Of a stretch of 44,612 nucleotides of DNA, positions 33,401 through 42,126 are shown one piece after another. The notes under the pieces are model-generated. The model saw only the letters and a list, made by a program, of their open reading frames with translations, was not told the origin of the DNA and did no database searches. The first letter of the stretch is position 1. Every line of letters starts with the position of its first letter. Made by a program: the position numbers and the translations under genes. This stretch comes from a virus, in the IMG/VR virus record IMGVR_UViG_3300005992_000001, positions 1-44,612 of that record. One strand, 5' to 3'.

Positions 33401-34294
33401 GAGTTCGCGAAATTTGGTGATGAGGCGGCGCAAGAATTCGACAGGGTAGTGAAAGAGGCGGCGACCTCGGGTGCCAGTGTGGAAAACTTCTGGCGGCGTT
33501 TGGCCGATGGCACTGACCGTCTGCGCTTCAAATACCAAGAAATCGAGGCGCAGGCCGAGCGCACCGCGCAGCGACAAGTGGCGGCGACTAAACAGCAAGA
33601 GGCCGCCACGCGCAAGCAGTCGGCCGCCGTGGATCAACTGGTGGACGATCTCGCCCGTGCCGATGCAGGCACGGCAGCCGTGGTCGACCGCGCGCGCGCG
33701 GCGGCAGGCGCGATGCGAAACCTCGACGCCAGCACTCTTGACAGATTGAATCGCAGCATCGCGGACGCTGAAAACCGCTTGATAGCAATCAAAGACAAAG
33801 CGCGCTCCGCCACTGAATCGCTGCGCGATGAATTGTCACGGCTGCAAGGCGACGAGGCCACGATAGAAGAGCGCGATTTTCAGCGGCGTCTACAAGAGCT
33901 GGAGGCGTTGAACGCCGCCGCGAAAGCCAGCAAGGACAGCAGCGCCAAGCAAGATGCGCTTGAAGCAATAGACCTGCTGAAGCAAGTGCACGCCAAGCGC
34001 ATGGAAAACATCGCCGCCGAGGCCGCCGCGCAACAACAGCGTGACGCCGAGGCCGCCGCGCGCGAGACCGCCACCAACAGCACCAGCGCCGCGAAGTCCG
34101 CGGCCGCCGCCAGCGGTGGCGCGGTGGCGCGATCATCGGGCAGAATCGCCCCGCAAAGCGCGCAAGCGGCGCAAGTGAGTAAGGTGGTCAGGATCGAGTG
34201 GCCAACACGGGCAGGCGTAGCGCGGGGCGATTTTCCCGAGGCCGACGCGGCGCGTCTTTTGGACGCGCTGCAAAATGATGCGCAAAGGGCATAG
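30431..34294 (+). CDS. Tape measure protein
   Basis: 1287 aa, coiled-coil rich; core block WIQDFAKNTPLQLGDVTEAFARLKTFGLDP...GQEIMQLMEAGIPVWDLL; central TM-like segments. Confidence 0.92.
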   Translation: MADQSVALRIKAIVEGLNDVGGLIKKIEELGGSSDTAAALAAHLGKELADLSNKQKLVDQFTELKTELQDTSKSLETSAARTATLARELKATENPSKSLTREFANARKETRALADQEQRQGLALQDLRKQMGASGIESKKLALSQREISQAVAQTEGRMQGLKQRLSETRDQAAAKMPDPTKDIKRGAQESATSVESLSESIKRTTMRMVGWVAAAVGLNKIRSGIAAILETGGRFESLEVRLTALMGSLEAGQQATAWIQDFAKNTPLQLGDVTEAFARLKTFGLDPMDGTMQSLVDANAKMGGSQETLQRIILGVGQAWTKQKLQGQEIMQLMEAGIPVWDLLSKAMGKNVVELQKLSAQGKIGRTEISLLIDEIGRSSQGAAAAQMATWTGLVSNLKDTWSNFLNSIAKSGVLDFFKRQVQDVLDTTARMASDGSLQRMATATANAIVSMAKVIKGTVVTLYEFSGVLALTAKAIIAVKLVGLVKGFADLALKLSSAVTPALVGTGAAATGAAVKMGLLARVMSAIPKNFAIALAVVGIDVAVRGAEWLGEAIAKISPAGKIAEQALQRLSDEARRNLDVSTAAAAANEKFADTKIKSSEEIIKLSARERAAYAEAIQGAEKYHTAILVTARTQEILGENTKEIQDAAIAALAELRTAYADIEKSTLAAANSAATLSPQVTELVDQFRSLAAEGKGALDALLKPLDPASLDSVKQITQALDELLAKGELTSTELSAGLRETIQKLGAEDLTKLRVIAKSTFDEMGQGGAAVAAVLKATTQAALQGLGVDLGEITTGLKKNERAALDSFGVIATGLEDLGLDAKQSARVLQESLIKALEDIKSKQGVQALRDSIIQLGRDGELSGKQVSQALADMDKAAATVAGSLDKVGEAGKSAGEKTQEGMKTAEDATKRSSAAINEFAARLASLSTQEARQLGDELVLAFERGIISAAEFEGKIDQVRLRINALATAGEGISAALAKPIKAAREEFAKFGDEAAQEFDRVVKEAATSGASVENFWRRLADGTDRLRFKYQEIEAQAERTAQRQVAATKQQEAATRKQSAAVDQLVDDLARADAGTAAVVDRARAAAGAMRNLDASTLDRLNRSIADAENRLIAIKDKARSATESLRDELSRLQGDEATIEERDFQRRLQELEALNAAAKASKDSSAKQDALEAIDLLKQVHAKRMENIAAEAAAQQQRDAEAAARETATNSTSAAKSAAAASGGAVARSSGRIAPQSAQAAQVSKVVRIEWPTRAGVARGDFPEADAARLLDALQNDAQRA

Positions 34295-34296
34295 GC

Positions 34297-34683
34297 ATGG
34301 CCATCATTACACTTAACGACGGCGTCAGCACGGTCAACCTCCCCGGCGATTTGCTGTGGGAGGATGAATATCAATGGTCGCCGCCGCGCCATGGTTTTGA
34401 TTATTCGCTCAACGGCGCGGCGCTGGTGCAGGTATCGACCCGGCAGGCGGGTCGGCCCATCACGCTCTCGGGTGCGGACGACCGCGGCTGGATCGGAAAA
34501 ACCGCACTCGATCAGATATATGCCTTTTCTATCGTGCCCGGCTTGGAAATGACGCTGACGCTGGCGGATGCGCGCACGTTCACGGTGATGTTTAGGCACC
34601 AAGAAGACAATGTTGTGCAGGCCGAGCCTGTCATGTTCGGCCGCAATTTTTATCACGTTACTCTCAGACTGATGCAGGTATAA
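34297..34683 (+). CDS. Minor tail protein (distal tail position)
   Basis: 128 aa directly after the tape measure gene; synteny only. Confidence 0.5.
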   Translation: MAIITLNDGVSTVNLPGDLLWEDEYQWSPPRHGFDYSLNGAALVQVSTRQAGRPITLSGADDRGWIGKTALDQIYAFSIVPGLEMTLTLADARTFTVMFRHQEDNVVQAEPVMFGRNFYHVTLRLMQV

Positions 34684-34686
34684 ATA

Positions 34687-36228
34687 ATGGCAATCACAAG
34701 CAATGACATTAAATTGATGAAGTCAGAACGCCTGTCCGACGATACGGACGGCGGCGGGCGCATGAGCGGGAACGAGGTTATCGACGGCCTGAGTAATAAT
34801 TTATTTCCCGACATCGCGACGCTAGATCGCATCAACGGCCGGGTGTTTTTGCGTAAAGCCTCCGCGGCCTTGCTCACCGACGACACCGAAAACCTGCTGG
34901 GATCGCATGTGATATTCACCACAATGGCGACCGACCCTAACGTGAGCTGCACGATGTTTACGACGGGGTCGCACACCGATGAGCGCGCGGCGGCTAAAAC
35001 CTATCTTGAGGCGCGCCGTTATAGTCAAGGGACTGCTGTGGTCGATTCAGTGACTATAAACCCAAGTGCCGGAACGGTGACATTTAGCACGGTGCCGCCG
35101 GTGGTGGGCGCGGTGTATAACTTAGACGATGGATTCGCGGGAAATGATTATGTATACATAAAATCATTTACCGGGACTGGTCCGTGGGTTGCCACTGTCG
35201 GCGCGTGGACTGCCACGATCTCGGGCAGCATCAATGCGCACCTTGCCGTGCCCGCCGCAGGCGTCTATGGTATCTCACCCCTCGCCGTCACCGTCGCCAG
35301 CGGCAGCGTGCTCACGGTCGACACCGTCAACGAGCGCATCTCACCAAAATACGACGGCGTCGACCCCGCCGTGATCGGTTTCAACCCCGCCAACCTGCCC
35401 GACGGCCGCGCGCCGATTTTCGCGGCGGGCTATGTTGTGGTGCTGCACAACACCATCGATGAAACCATGCCCGGCGGTTTGACGGCGGGGCAGGTGGTGG
35501 CGCTGTCGCGCGCCAATCTGGCGCAAGTGCGCTTGATAGATCAAACGGGCGCCTATGTCGCCACGGACAAATACACGGTGGACCTTGTCGCGGGTAATGT
35601 GACAATGGCCACGCCGCTGGATTTGAGCGCCTACACCCAGCCATTGATCGCGCGCCACCGCATCGAGCAAATGTTCCGCGCCACCGCGGTGAATAATGCC
35701 ACCAAAGAAATCACCATCGCGGGCACGGTCACGCGCAGCTTTCCCGCCACTACGAGCTTTGTCAGCTCGGCGCTGAATCTTAACGACCTCAAGGCGCGGG
35801 TGCTCACAGTGTTCGATCAAACGACGTGGACCAATGTCTGGAGCGATGCGCTGATCGGCGAGGCCGCGCCAGCGACCTACAACCATGTGACCTATCCCAT
35901 CGCCGTCACCAATCGCGGCGCGATTAAAGAGCGCTGGCGCGTGGAATTTACCTCATCGACCGCATTTAAAGTGGTCGGCGAAAACGTGGGACAGATTGCG
36001 GTGGGCAACACCAGCACCGAGACCGCGCCCATCAATCCCAACAATGGCGCGCCCTATTTCATCCTCCCAGCGCTGGGCTGGGGCACGGGCTGGAACAGCG
36101 GCAACCTGCTGCGCTTCAACACCGAGGCCGCCGCCGGGCCGGTGTGGCTAGACCGTTGCGTCAACCTCGGCGACCCCACCGCCACTGATTTATTTACCGT
36201 TGAAATTCGCGGAGACATTAACGTATGA
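34687..36228 (+). CDS. Tail tip/baseplate structural protein
   Basis: 513-aa ORF in the tail module; no family named. Confidence 0.55.
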   Translation: MAITSNDIKLMKSERLSDDTDGGGRMSGNEVIDGLSNNLFPDIATLDRINGRVFLRKASAALLTDDTENLLGSHVIFTTMATDPNVSCTMFTTGSHTDERAAAKTYLEARRYSQGTAVVDSVTINPSAGTVTFSTVPPVVGAVYNLDDGFAGNDYVYIKSFTGTGPWVATVGAWTATISGSINAHLAVPAAGVYGISPLAVTVASGSVLTVDTVNERISPKYDGVDPAVIGFNPANLPDGRAPIFAAGYVVVLHNTIDETMPGGLTAGQVVALSRANLAQVRLIDQTGAYVATDKYTVDLVAGNVTMATPLDLSAYTQPLIARHRIEQMFRATAVNNATKEITIAGTVTRSFPATTSFVSSALNLNDLKARVLTVFDQTTWTNVWSDALIGEAAPATYNHVTYPIAVTNRGAIKERWRVEFTSSTAFKVVGENVGQIAVGNTSTETAPINPNNGAPYFILPALGWGTGWNSGNLLRFNTEAAAGPVWLDRCVNLGDPTATDLFTVEIRGDINV

Positions 36229-37337
36229 CTATATCTGTGAAACGCTATTTATCCACCCAGGCCGGCGCGCCGAGTTTGTCCGGCAGCGCGGGCGGCCTGA
36301 TCGCCTTGCTCGACGCCACGCTGGTGAACGGCTACAACCTACAAACCCTGGACGGCATCACCCGCAGCGGCAGCGTCGCCACCGCCGCGCGCGCGGCGGG
36401 TATCAGCTACATCGAAGACACGGTGGTGAGCCATTCCGGCGCGGTGCAGAGCGAATATAACGGCGAGTTCCGCATTTTTAATGTCACATCGACCACCTAT
36501 GATTTCACCGTCGTTGGCACGCCCACCACGCCAGCGACCGGCACCCTCACGGCCAAGGTGGCGCCGCTGGGCTGGGTGAAGGCATTTAGCGGCACCAACA
36601 AAGCCGCCTACAAAGCCAGCGACCCCGCCGCAACGGGTTTTTATTTGCGCGTGGACGACAGCAATGAAAAATATGCCATCGTCGCCGGTTATGAGTCGAT
36701 GACGGATGTGGACACCGGCTCGGGTAAATTCGATCAAACGACCTGCTGCTGGCATAAAAGCAGCACGGCCGATGCCACGCTGCGGCCGTGGGAGTTGTTC
36801 GGCGATGAGCGCGTGTTTTATTTTGCAAGCGGCTGGTACGCCTCCGCGCCGACTGAGCGCGATATATGGATGTTCGGTGACGCGGTTTCCTATAAATCCG
36901 GTGATGCCTATCACTGCCTGCTGTCCAACACCGGCGTGGTCTCGCCAACGAACCCGGGGCAGTCTAATACCTTTAGCCGGAACGACGCGGTGCCCAGTAG
37001 GAAATGCGCGGCGCGCAGCTATACGCAGCTCGGCGGCAAGGTCGATATCTGGAGCCTGTCTCTTGGCGCGGGCTTGACCTATACCCCCTACCCCAACCCA
37101 ATCGACAATGGTATGCACATAGGCCAAGTTAACTGGGGCGAGGGTAGCAATATGATGTTCCGTGGCGTATTGCCTGGCGTTTATTTTCCACTGCATTCAG
37201 CAGGATCACAGCCCGCACACGGGACCATCATTAGCGATATTCCCGAATTCGTCGGGCGCAAATTTTTTGTGTCCAGCAGTAAATATGAATTCTCGCAAAC
37301 CGCCGTGGTGTTCGACATCACCGGCCCCTGGCGCTAA
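36225..37337 (+). CDS. Tail structural protein
   Basis: 370 aa, ATGA-coupled. Confidence 0.5.
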   Translation: MTISVKRYLSTQAGAPSLSGSAGGLIALLDATLVNGYNLQTLDGITRSGSVATAARAAGISYIEDTVVSHSGAVQSEYNGEFRIFNVTSTTYDFTVVGTPTTPATGTLTAKVAPLGWVKAFSGTNKAAYKASDPAATGFYLRVDDSNEKYAIVAGYESMTDVDTGSGKFDQTTCCWHKSSTADATLRPWELFGDERVFYFASGWYASAPTERDIWMFGDAVSYKSGDAYHCLLSNTGVVSPTNPGQSNTFSRNDAVPSRKCAARSYTQLGGKVDIWSLSLGAGLTYTPYPNPIDNGMHIGQVNWGEGSNMMFRGVLPGVYFPLHSAGSQPAHGTIISDIPEFVGRKFFVSSSKYEFSQTAVVFDITGPWR

Positions 37338-37340
37338 GGC

Positions 37341-37691
37341 ATGGCCGGGCGATTACTCTCGGGCGTCCTGCGTCTCTCGGTGTCACCGCCGACGGGGCCG
37401 GGCGTTAATCGCATTTTTATCACCACCGCTGGGCGCCGCGATATGGAAGACGGCGGCGCGCAGCACATCGGCGGCACGGTGACGATACTCACAAACCCTG
37501 CGCGGCGGCGCGTGCGCCTGTTTGAGCGCATTAGCGGCAGGCTGGTGCGGCAAACTTGGAGCGACCCCGTCACCGGCGCCTATGATTTCCCCAACATCAA
37601 AAGCGCGCGGCTGTATATGCCCGTCGCCGACGATTACGAGGCCGTGTACAACGCCGTGGTGGCCGACCGTGTCACCCCCGAATTGCCTTAA
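37341..37691 (+). CDS. Tail structural protein (small)
   Basis: 116-aa ORF in the tail module. Confidence 0.45.
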   Translation: MAGRLLSGVLRLSVSPPTGPGVNRIFITTAGRRDMEDGGAQHIGGTVTILTNPARRRVRLFERISGRLVRQTWSDPVTGAYDFPNIKSARLYMPVADDYEAVYNAVVADRVTPELP

Positions 37692-37694
37692 TGA

Positions 37695-39482
37695 ATGAAT
37701 ATAATTTTAAACTTCGACCGCGTTTACATCCCGCCCGAGGGCAGCGCGGTGAATCTGGATCTTGGCACGCCCCCCGGCGAGCCGGTGCCCGATCCCGAAT
37801 GGAACGGGCTGCGCAAGGAATATGCAATACCCTGGCAGGCCACGACCGCGCGCCTGGCGCGCGAGACGCGCATCGCCTGGCAGGCCACGGATGCCCAGCT
37901 CGCCCGCGAAGTAGCGTTACGCTGGGAAGCGGCAGCGGGGCCGTTGATGCACGGCGTCGATCTGCCGTGGCAGGCAGCCGCGCCGCTGGCGCACGCGCTG
38001 CGCCTGCCCTGGGACAGCGCGCAGCGGCTTGGCCGCGAGATACGCATCCCCTGGAAAAACGCCACCCAGATTGCCCGCGGTGTGCGCATAACCTGGAAAA
38101 ACGCGATTCAACTTACCCGCGCCTGGCGCCTGCCCTGGCAAGCGGGCGCGCCCGTGGCCCGCGCCTGGCGCTTGGCCTGGGACGGGGCGGCGCCGCTGTA
38201 CCGCGCCACGCGCATTCCCTGGGCCTCGCCGCCCTTACAGCGGGTGGCAGTACGCATACCCTGGGAGCAGGGCCAGCCGCCGCCCTTTGTCTGGCCGCCG
38301 CCCGCGCCTTATGTGCCGCCCGTGCCCGATCCGCGCGTGTACATCCCGCCGCTTGGCGGCGCGGTGGTGTTGGATTTCGCGTGCCCCATCGAACGCTACC
38401 TGGGCGGAGTGCCGCTGGCATTCCGCGAATTTGCGTGCAGCCCGCGTGCGCCGTATCTGCGGACCTACGTCATCATGAATAGCGTCGAGCTGGTTCGCCT
38501 ACCTGACCGCGCCCCGGTAGCCGCCGCCAGCGTCGACATCGGCGCCGACCTCGATTCATGGACCTGGGACTTTGCAGCCAAGCTGCGCAGCCAGGCCGCG
38601 CTGGACATGGTCAAGCCCGGCGGCGGTGGGCCGGTGGCGGTCGAGGCCACGATCAACGGCCACGTATTCGTCGCGCTGGTGGAGACCTGGGCAGAGACCC
38701 GCCGCCACGGATACAGCGAATGGACCGTGCGCGGCCGCAGTCAGTCCGCGACCCTCGCCGATCCCTACACCCCGGCCACCAGCTATACATCGGGCAGCGC
38801 ATTGACTGCGCACCAGCTCGCCGATGGTGAAATGCCGCCCACCGGCTGGATACTCGACTGGCAGGCGCCAGACTGGCTGGTGCCCGCCGGCGCATACAGC
38901 TACCGCGACAAAACCGCCGTCGCCGCCTTGCAGCACATCGCCGAGGCCATCGGCGCCGTGGTGCAGTCGCACCAGACCGACGCCACCCTCATCATCGCCC
39001 CGCGCTACCCGCTCAGCCCATGGGATTGGGCCGCCGCCACGCCCGCCGTGACCGTGACCCAAGACATTCTGCGCGGCCTAGCGACGGACTGGCGCCCGCG
39101 CCCGGCCTATGACGGCGTCTATGTCATGGGCGAAAGCCAGGGAGTAAGCGTATTTGTCAAGCGCACCGGCAGCGCGGGCGCGACGCTGGCGGGCATGGTG
39201 ACGCATCCGCTCATCACCCATGTGGATGCCGGACGCGAGCGCGGCCGCAATATCCTTGCTGCTGCGGGAGCGTGGAGCGTGGAGACGATCGAAATGCCGC
39301 TCATGGTGTCCCCCGCCGCCCCCGGCCTGCTGCTGCCGGGGGTGTTGATCGAGGTCGACGACGGCGTGACAACCTGGCGCGGCCAAGTGCTCAGCGTCCG
39401 CGTCAGCGCCCAGCGCAGCGACGGCCCCAACGGCGGCACGGTGATTTGGCAGACGGTTGAGGTCGAGCGCTGGTATGGATAG
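37695..39482 (+). CDS. Large tail protein with an N-terminal array of 11 Trp-centred 14-15-aa repeats
   Basis: 595 aa; Trp at residues 47, 62, 77, 92, 106, 120, 134, 148, 162, 176 and 190 in the motif (R)(I/L)(P/A)W..A. Confidence 0.6.
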   Translation: MNIILNFDRVYIPPEGSAVNLDLGTPPGEPVPDPEWNGLRKEYAIPWQATTARLARETRIAWQATDAQLAREVALRWEAAAGPLMHGVDLPWQAAAPLAHALRLPWDSAQRLGREIRIPWKNATQIARGVRITWKNAIQLTRAWRLPWQAGAPVARAWRLAWDGAAPLYRATRIPWASPPLQRVAVRIPWEQGQPPPFVWPPPAPYVPPVPDPRVYIPPLGGAVVLDFACPIERYLGGVPLAFREFACSPRAPYLRTYVIMNSVELVRLPDRAPVAAASVDIGADLDSWTWDFAAKLRSQAALDMVKPGGGGPVAVEATINGHVFVALVETWAETRRHGYSEWTVRGRSQSATLADPYTPATSYTSGSALTAHQLADGEMPPTGWILDWQAPDWLVPAGAYSYRDKTAVAALQHIAEAIGAVVQSHQTDATLIIAPRYPLSPWDWAAATPAVTVTQDILRGLATDWRPRPAYDGVYVMGESQGVSVFVKRTGSAGATLAGMVTHPLITHVDAGRERGRNILAAAGAWSVETIEMPLMVSPAAPGLLLPGVLIEVDDGVTTWRGQVLSVRVSAQRSDGPNGGTVIWQTVEVERWYG

Positions 39483-39603
39483 CAAAGACGCGTATGCGTG
39501 TTGTAAAGCTGAGCGCGACTTTCTCGATGCGCTCGGCGCCATGACGGCAGAGTTTGAGCGCGCATGGGGCGCGCTGGCAACGGGCTGGAACAGCAATGGC
39601 TAA
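39475..39603 (+). CDS. Small hypothetical protein (42 aa, below track cutoff)
   Basis: MDSKDAYACCKAERDFLDALGAMTAEFERAWGALATGWNSNG; overlaps both neighbours (8 nt each). Confidence 0.35.
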   Translation: MDSKDAYACCKAERDFLDALGAMTAEFERAWGALATGWNSNG

Positions 39604-39820
39604 TCTCTTCGCACGCTTTGCCCGCCTGTTGCCAAACGAGCCGCTGCAAGTCGGCGAGGTCACAGCGCACAACGCCGACGGCACCAGCACCGTGACCCTG
39701 CCCACCGGCACCATCCGCGCCCGCGGCCAGGGCGTCACCATTGGCCTCAATGCCTTCATCCGCAACGGCGAGGTGATCGGCGAGGCGCCCAATCTTACCA
39801 GCTACAGCGTCGATGTGTGA
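39596..39820 (+). CDS. Small tail-module protein (74 aa)
   Basis: ATG 39596 (MANLFARF...), last gene before the second 40-bp repeat. Confidence 0.45.
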   Translation: MANLFARFARLLPNEPLQVGEVTAHNADGTSTVTLPTGTIRARGQGVTIGLNAFIRNGEVIGEAPNLTSYSVDV

Positions 39821-39863
39821 CGCGTCGCGCCGCTATCCATCCCGCTTTTAATCGCCGCCCGCC

Positions 39864-39903
39864 GATAGCAATCCTCGCCTAAAATTGCCAGCTTTTATAT
39901 TTT
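39864..39903 (+). promoter_or_regulatory. 40-bp conserved element, copy B (candidate activator-dependent late promoter)
   Basis: GATAGCAATCCTCGCCTAAAATTGCCAGCTTTTATATTTT; TATATT at 39896-39901; intergenic, upstream of the envelope cassette. Confidence 0.45.
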
Positions 39904-40008
39904 TCGCATAGCCCAGCACGTAGTTTTACATAGGCGCCGCCTATCGTCGCAAATGCTTTTTTGCCATGACGGGCCACCAAAGTAGTCGGCATCCTTGGAG
40001 GGCATCAT

Positions 40009-40530
40009 GTGAAAATCGACGTGAGCAAACAGATTAAATTCGCGGGCCTCTGCGCCGCCGTTGCGTTTACATTGACGCTGTCAAGCTGTGCATCGATCAC
40101 CGGCGCAATCGACGGTAAAGACGTGCGAGCAAAATTCGCCTTTACCATTGCAACGATGAAAGCCATCCGCGGCGACGCGCACCGCGCTCAGGGCATTATT
40201 GACCGGGCGAATCGTATTGAGGCATTGCTAGACGGCAATCCGCTCATCGCCATCGTCGATTATGACACGCAGATCAAGAAGGCCATAGGCTTTGATCAGC
40301 TCTTACCAGAAGACCAACTCATGGCCGATCTGCTTTTGTCTCAGCTTCGCGATGATTTAAGCAAATCCATTGGTGAGCCAGGCGACCCCGGCAGCACAAA
40401 AGAGCGCGCGCGCACTATCGTCGAATGGATACGTGGCGCGGCGCAGTCGTGGCTTATCGCCGACGAAGTCAAGCGCAACCAAGACAAAGGCATATGGCTT
40501 CCCGAGGCGGGTCAGGCGGAGACATCCTAA
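40009..40530 (+). CDS. Lipoprotein (173 aa)
   Basis: GTG start 6 nt after GGAGGG; signal peptide with lipobox LSSC (Cys27). Confidence 0.65.
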   Translation: MKIDVSKQIKFAGLCAAVAFTLTLSSCASITGAIDGKDVRAKFAFTIATMKAIRGDAHRAQGIIDRANRIEALLDGNPLIAIVDYDTQIKKAIGFDQLLPEDQLMADLLLSQLRDDLSKSIGEPGDPGSTKERARTIVEWIRGAAQSWLIADEVKRNQDKGIWLPEAGQAETS

Positions 40531-40787
40531 TGAAGGATGAGACCACCACAAAAAGGCTCGCCTATTTTTACACGTTAATCTTCGCGCTCGTGATCGCCAT
40601 GGAATTTTTATTCGCATGGTATGCAATCGAAATTAATGACGCCATCCAGCGCATGCTGGATTTTTCATGCGGCATTCTCTTCGCCATGGTGCTGGCCGCG
40701 AAAGATTATTATCTTGGATCGTCGATGGGATCGGCGCGCAAAACCGAGATTATGAGCGCACCAAAACCAACGAGCGATGAGTCATAA
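40530..40787 (+). CDS. 2-TM small membrane protein (holin-like topology)
   Basis: TAATG overlap; TM segments LAYFYTLIFALVIAMEFLFAWYAI and CGILFAMVLAA; charged C-terminus. Confidence 0.55.
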   Translation: MKDETTTKRLAYFYTLIFALVIAMEFLFAWYAIEINDAIQRMLDFSCGILFAMVLAAKDYYLGSSMGSARKTEIMSAPKPTSDES

Positions 40788-40788
40788 C

Positions 40789-40893
40789 ATGCCCCTCTTG
40801 CGCGCACTCAAGATCATTTGCATCACGCTTATGATTGGCGCGCTCGCCCTTGCGGGTTCATTCATCAAGCACGACGAGGAGAAGCGGACATGA
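40789..40893 (+). CDS. 34-aa single-TM peptide (below track cutoff)
   Basis: MPLLRALKIICITLMIGALALAGSFIKHDEEKRT; starts 2 nt after the upstream stop; ATGA overlap downstream. Confidence 0.4.
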   Translation: MPLLRALKIICITLMIGALALAGSFIKHDEEKRT

Positions 40894-41123
40894 TCGGCGC
40901 AAGCATCGGCGCGGTGATGGGCGCATACACGCTACTCATCGTGCTAACGCCCGGCGAGGCACCTGCAATCATGTATCGGCCATCGGAAGTTATGGAGGTG
41001 TGCCAGGTGACTCTGCCCTCGCCCGAGGTGGCATGTGTGTCGCAGACAAGCCTGCCAATCAGGCGCGACGATGGGTGGTCTGTGGTCGACGCAATTCAAT
41101 CAAATAAAGGTGGACCCAAATAA
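40890..41123 (+). CDS. N-terminally anchored small membrane protein (77 aa)
   Basis: MIGASIGAVMGAYTLLIVL is a TM segment followed by a Cys-containing tail. Confidence 0.5.
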   Translation: MIGASIGAVMGAYTLLIVLTPGEAPAIMYRPSEVMEVCQVTLPSPEVACVSQTSLPIRRDDGWSVVDAIQSNKGGPK

Positions 41124-41743
41124 TGCGCAAGCTGATAGCGGTAGTATTATTCGCCGTCGGTGCGACGGCGCAGGCGGGGTTAAACATTCCACCCGGGCAA
41201 ATCACCATCCAGCGTGATGCTCTCACCGGGGACATTGCGTTCACGATCACGCCGGACTCGGCCACCTACGTCCTCACCAAGCCGTTCATTGATAATAAGC
41301 GATGCTCGATACTCACCCCGTCGCGCGCGGAAACAGTGCCGACAATACCGACTGACTTATCTGTCTACCTCGCCGCCAACGGCTACGAATTAAGCGCGGC
41401 GCAGCTTGCCTTGTGCGCGGGAGTCACTACAGCGCCGGCTGTGGTGGATGTGCCGCCAGTCCCCGCGCCAGACCCTACCCCCGTAGTCGTTGAAACAAAT
41501 TGGTTTGTCGCGTCAACCCCAAACGGCTCGCGGAATGCATTCGCAGCGGTGCAAGTGGGCGGAGCATGGGCGATGCAAGCCCCGTCCAAAGTTGTCGGGC
41601 AAGTAGCAACGGATGAGCGGTGTGATGGGCCAATGATTGAGGATAGAGGGTTTCGTAAGGTTGGCGGCATCGCTTATCCGGTCGGATTTTTTCTCGTTTC
41701 ACTTTCTGGGCAGAGCGCAATCATTCTCTGCGAAAAACGATGA
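41123..41743 (+). CDS. Secreted protein with a Pro-rich linker (206 aa)
   Basis: Sec signal MRKLIAVVLFAVGATAQA; VPPVPAPDPTPVV linker. Confidence 0.6.
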   Translation: MRKLIAVVLFAVGATAQAGLNIPPGQITIQRDALTGDIAFTITPDSATYVLTKPFIDNKRCSILTPSRAETVPTIPTDLSVYLAANGYELSAAQLALCAGVTTAPAVVDVPPVPAPDPTPVVVETNWFVASTPNGSRNAFAAVQVGGAWAMQAPSKVVGQVATDERCDGPMIEDRGFRKVGGIAYPVGFFLVSLSGQSAIILCEKR

Positions 41744-42126
41744 TAAAAATAAAAAGAGGCAGCTCAATATTATTGCGGACTGGGAATTACGAAATAGTAA
41801 GTGGTCTTGGAATACTTTTTAAAGACGGGGCGCAAGTGGGGATTTGTTGCCACATTCCCGGAGTTGAGGCCGCGACAAAATATTTCGATTGTACCGATGA
41901 CAGCTTTGAGTACTCGGCGATAAGAGTAAGCCACATAAAAATACGCGATTCTGGCTCAATGTCCGCTGAGTATTTCTACGCGTACATCCGCATGATGAGG
42001 TTGAGGGTTTCTGACCGGCTGAAAATGATCGATGTGATAATCAATCAGTTTGCGTTATCAAATACCTCAATCGCATTGCTTTTATGTTCGGCACGAGAAT
42101 CTGTATCAAGGAAAAGAAATGGGTAA
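41740..42126 (+). CDS. Small cytoplasmic protein with a Crp/Fnr-like C-terminal HTH remnant
   Basis: LSNTSIALLLCSARESVSRKR resembles the Crp-family ...SRETVSR recognition helix; only 128 aa. Confidence 0.4.
   Translation: MIKIKRGSSILLRTGNYEIVSGLGILFKDGAQVGICCHIPGVEAATKYFDCTDDSFEYSAIRVSHIKIRDSGSMSAEYFYAYIRMMRLRVSDRLKMIDVIINQFALSNTSIALLLCSARESVSRKRNG

Noticed and set aside
36339-37196. 285-aa minus-strand ORF
   Set aside because: It is antisense to a coupled tail gene. It has no RBS and a skewed Arg/Gly/Ala composition.
37691-38482. 263-aa plus-strand ORF overlapping the 595-aa tail gene in another frame
   Set aside because: It is generated by the periodic GC-rich Trp-repeat DNA and is Arg/Ala/Gly/Pro-rich. 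The 37695 frame continues for 595 aa with coherent domains.
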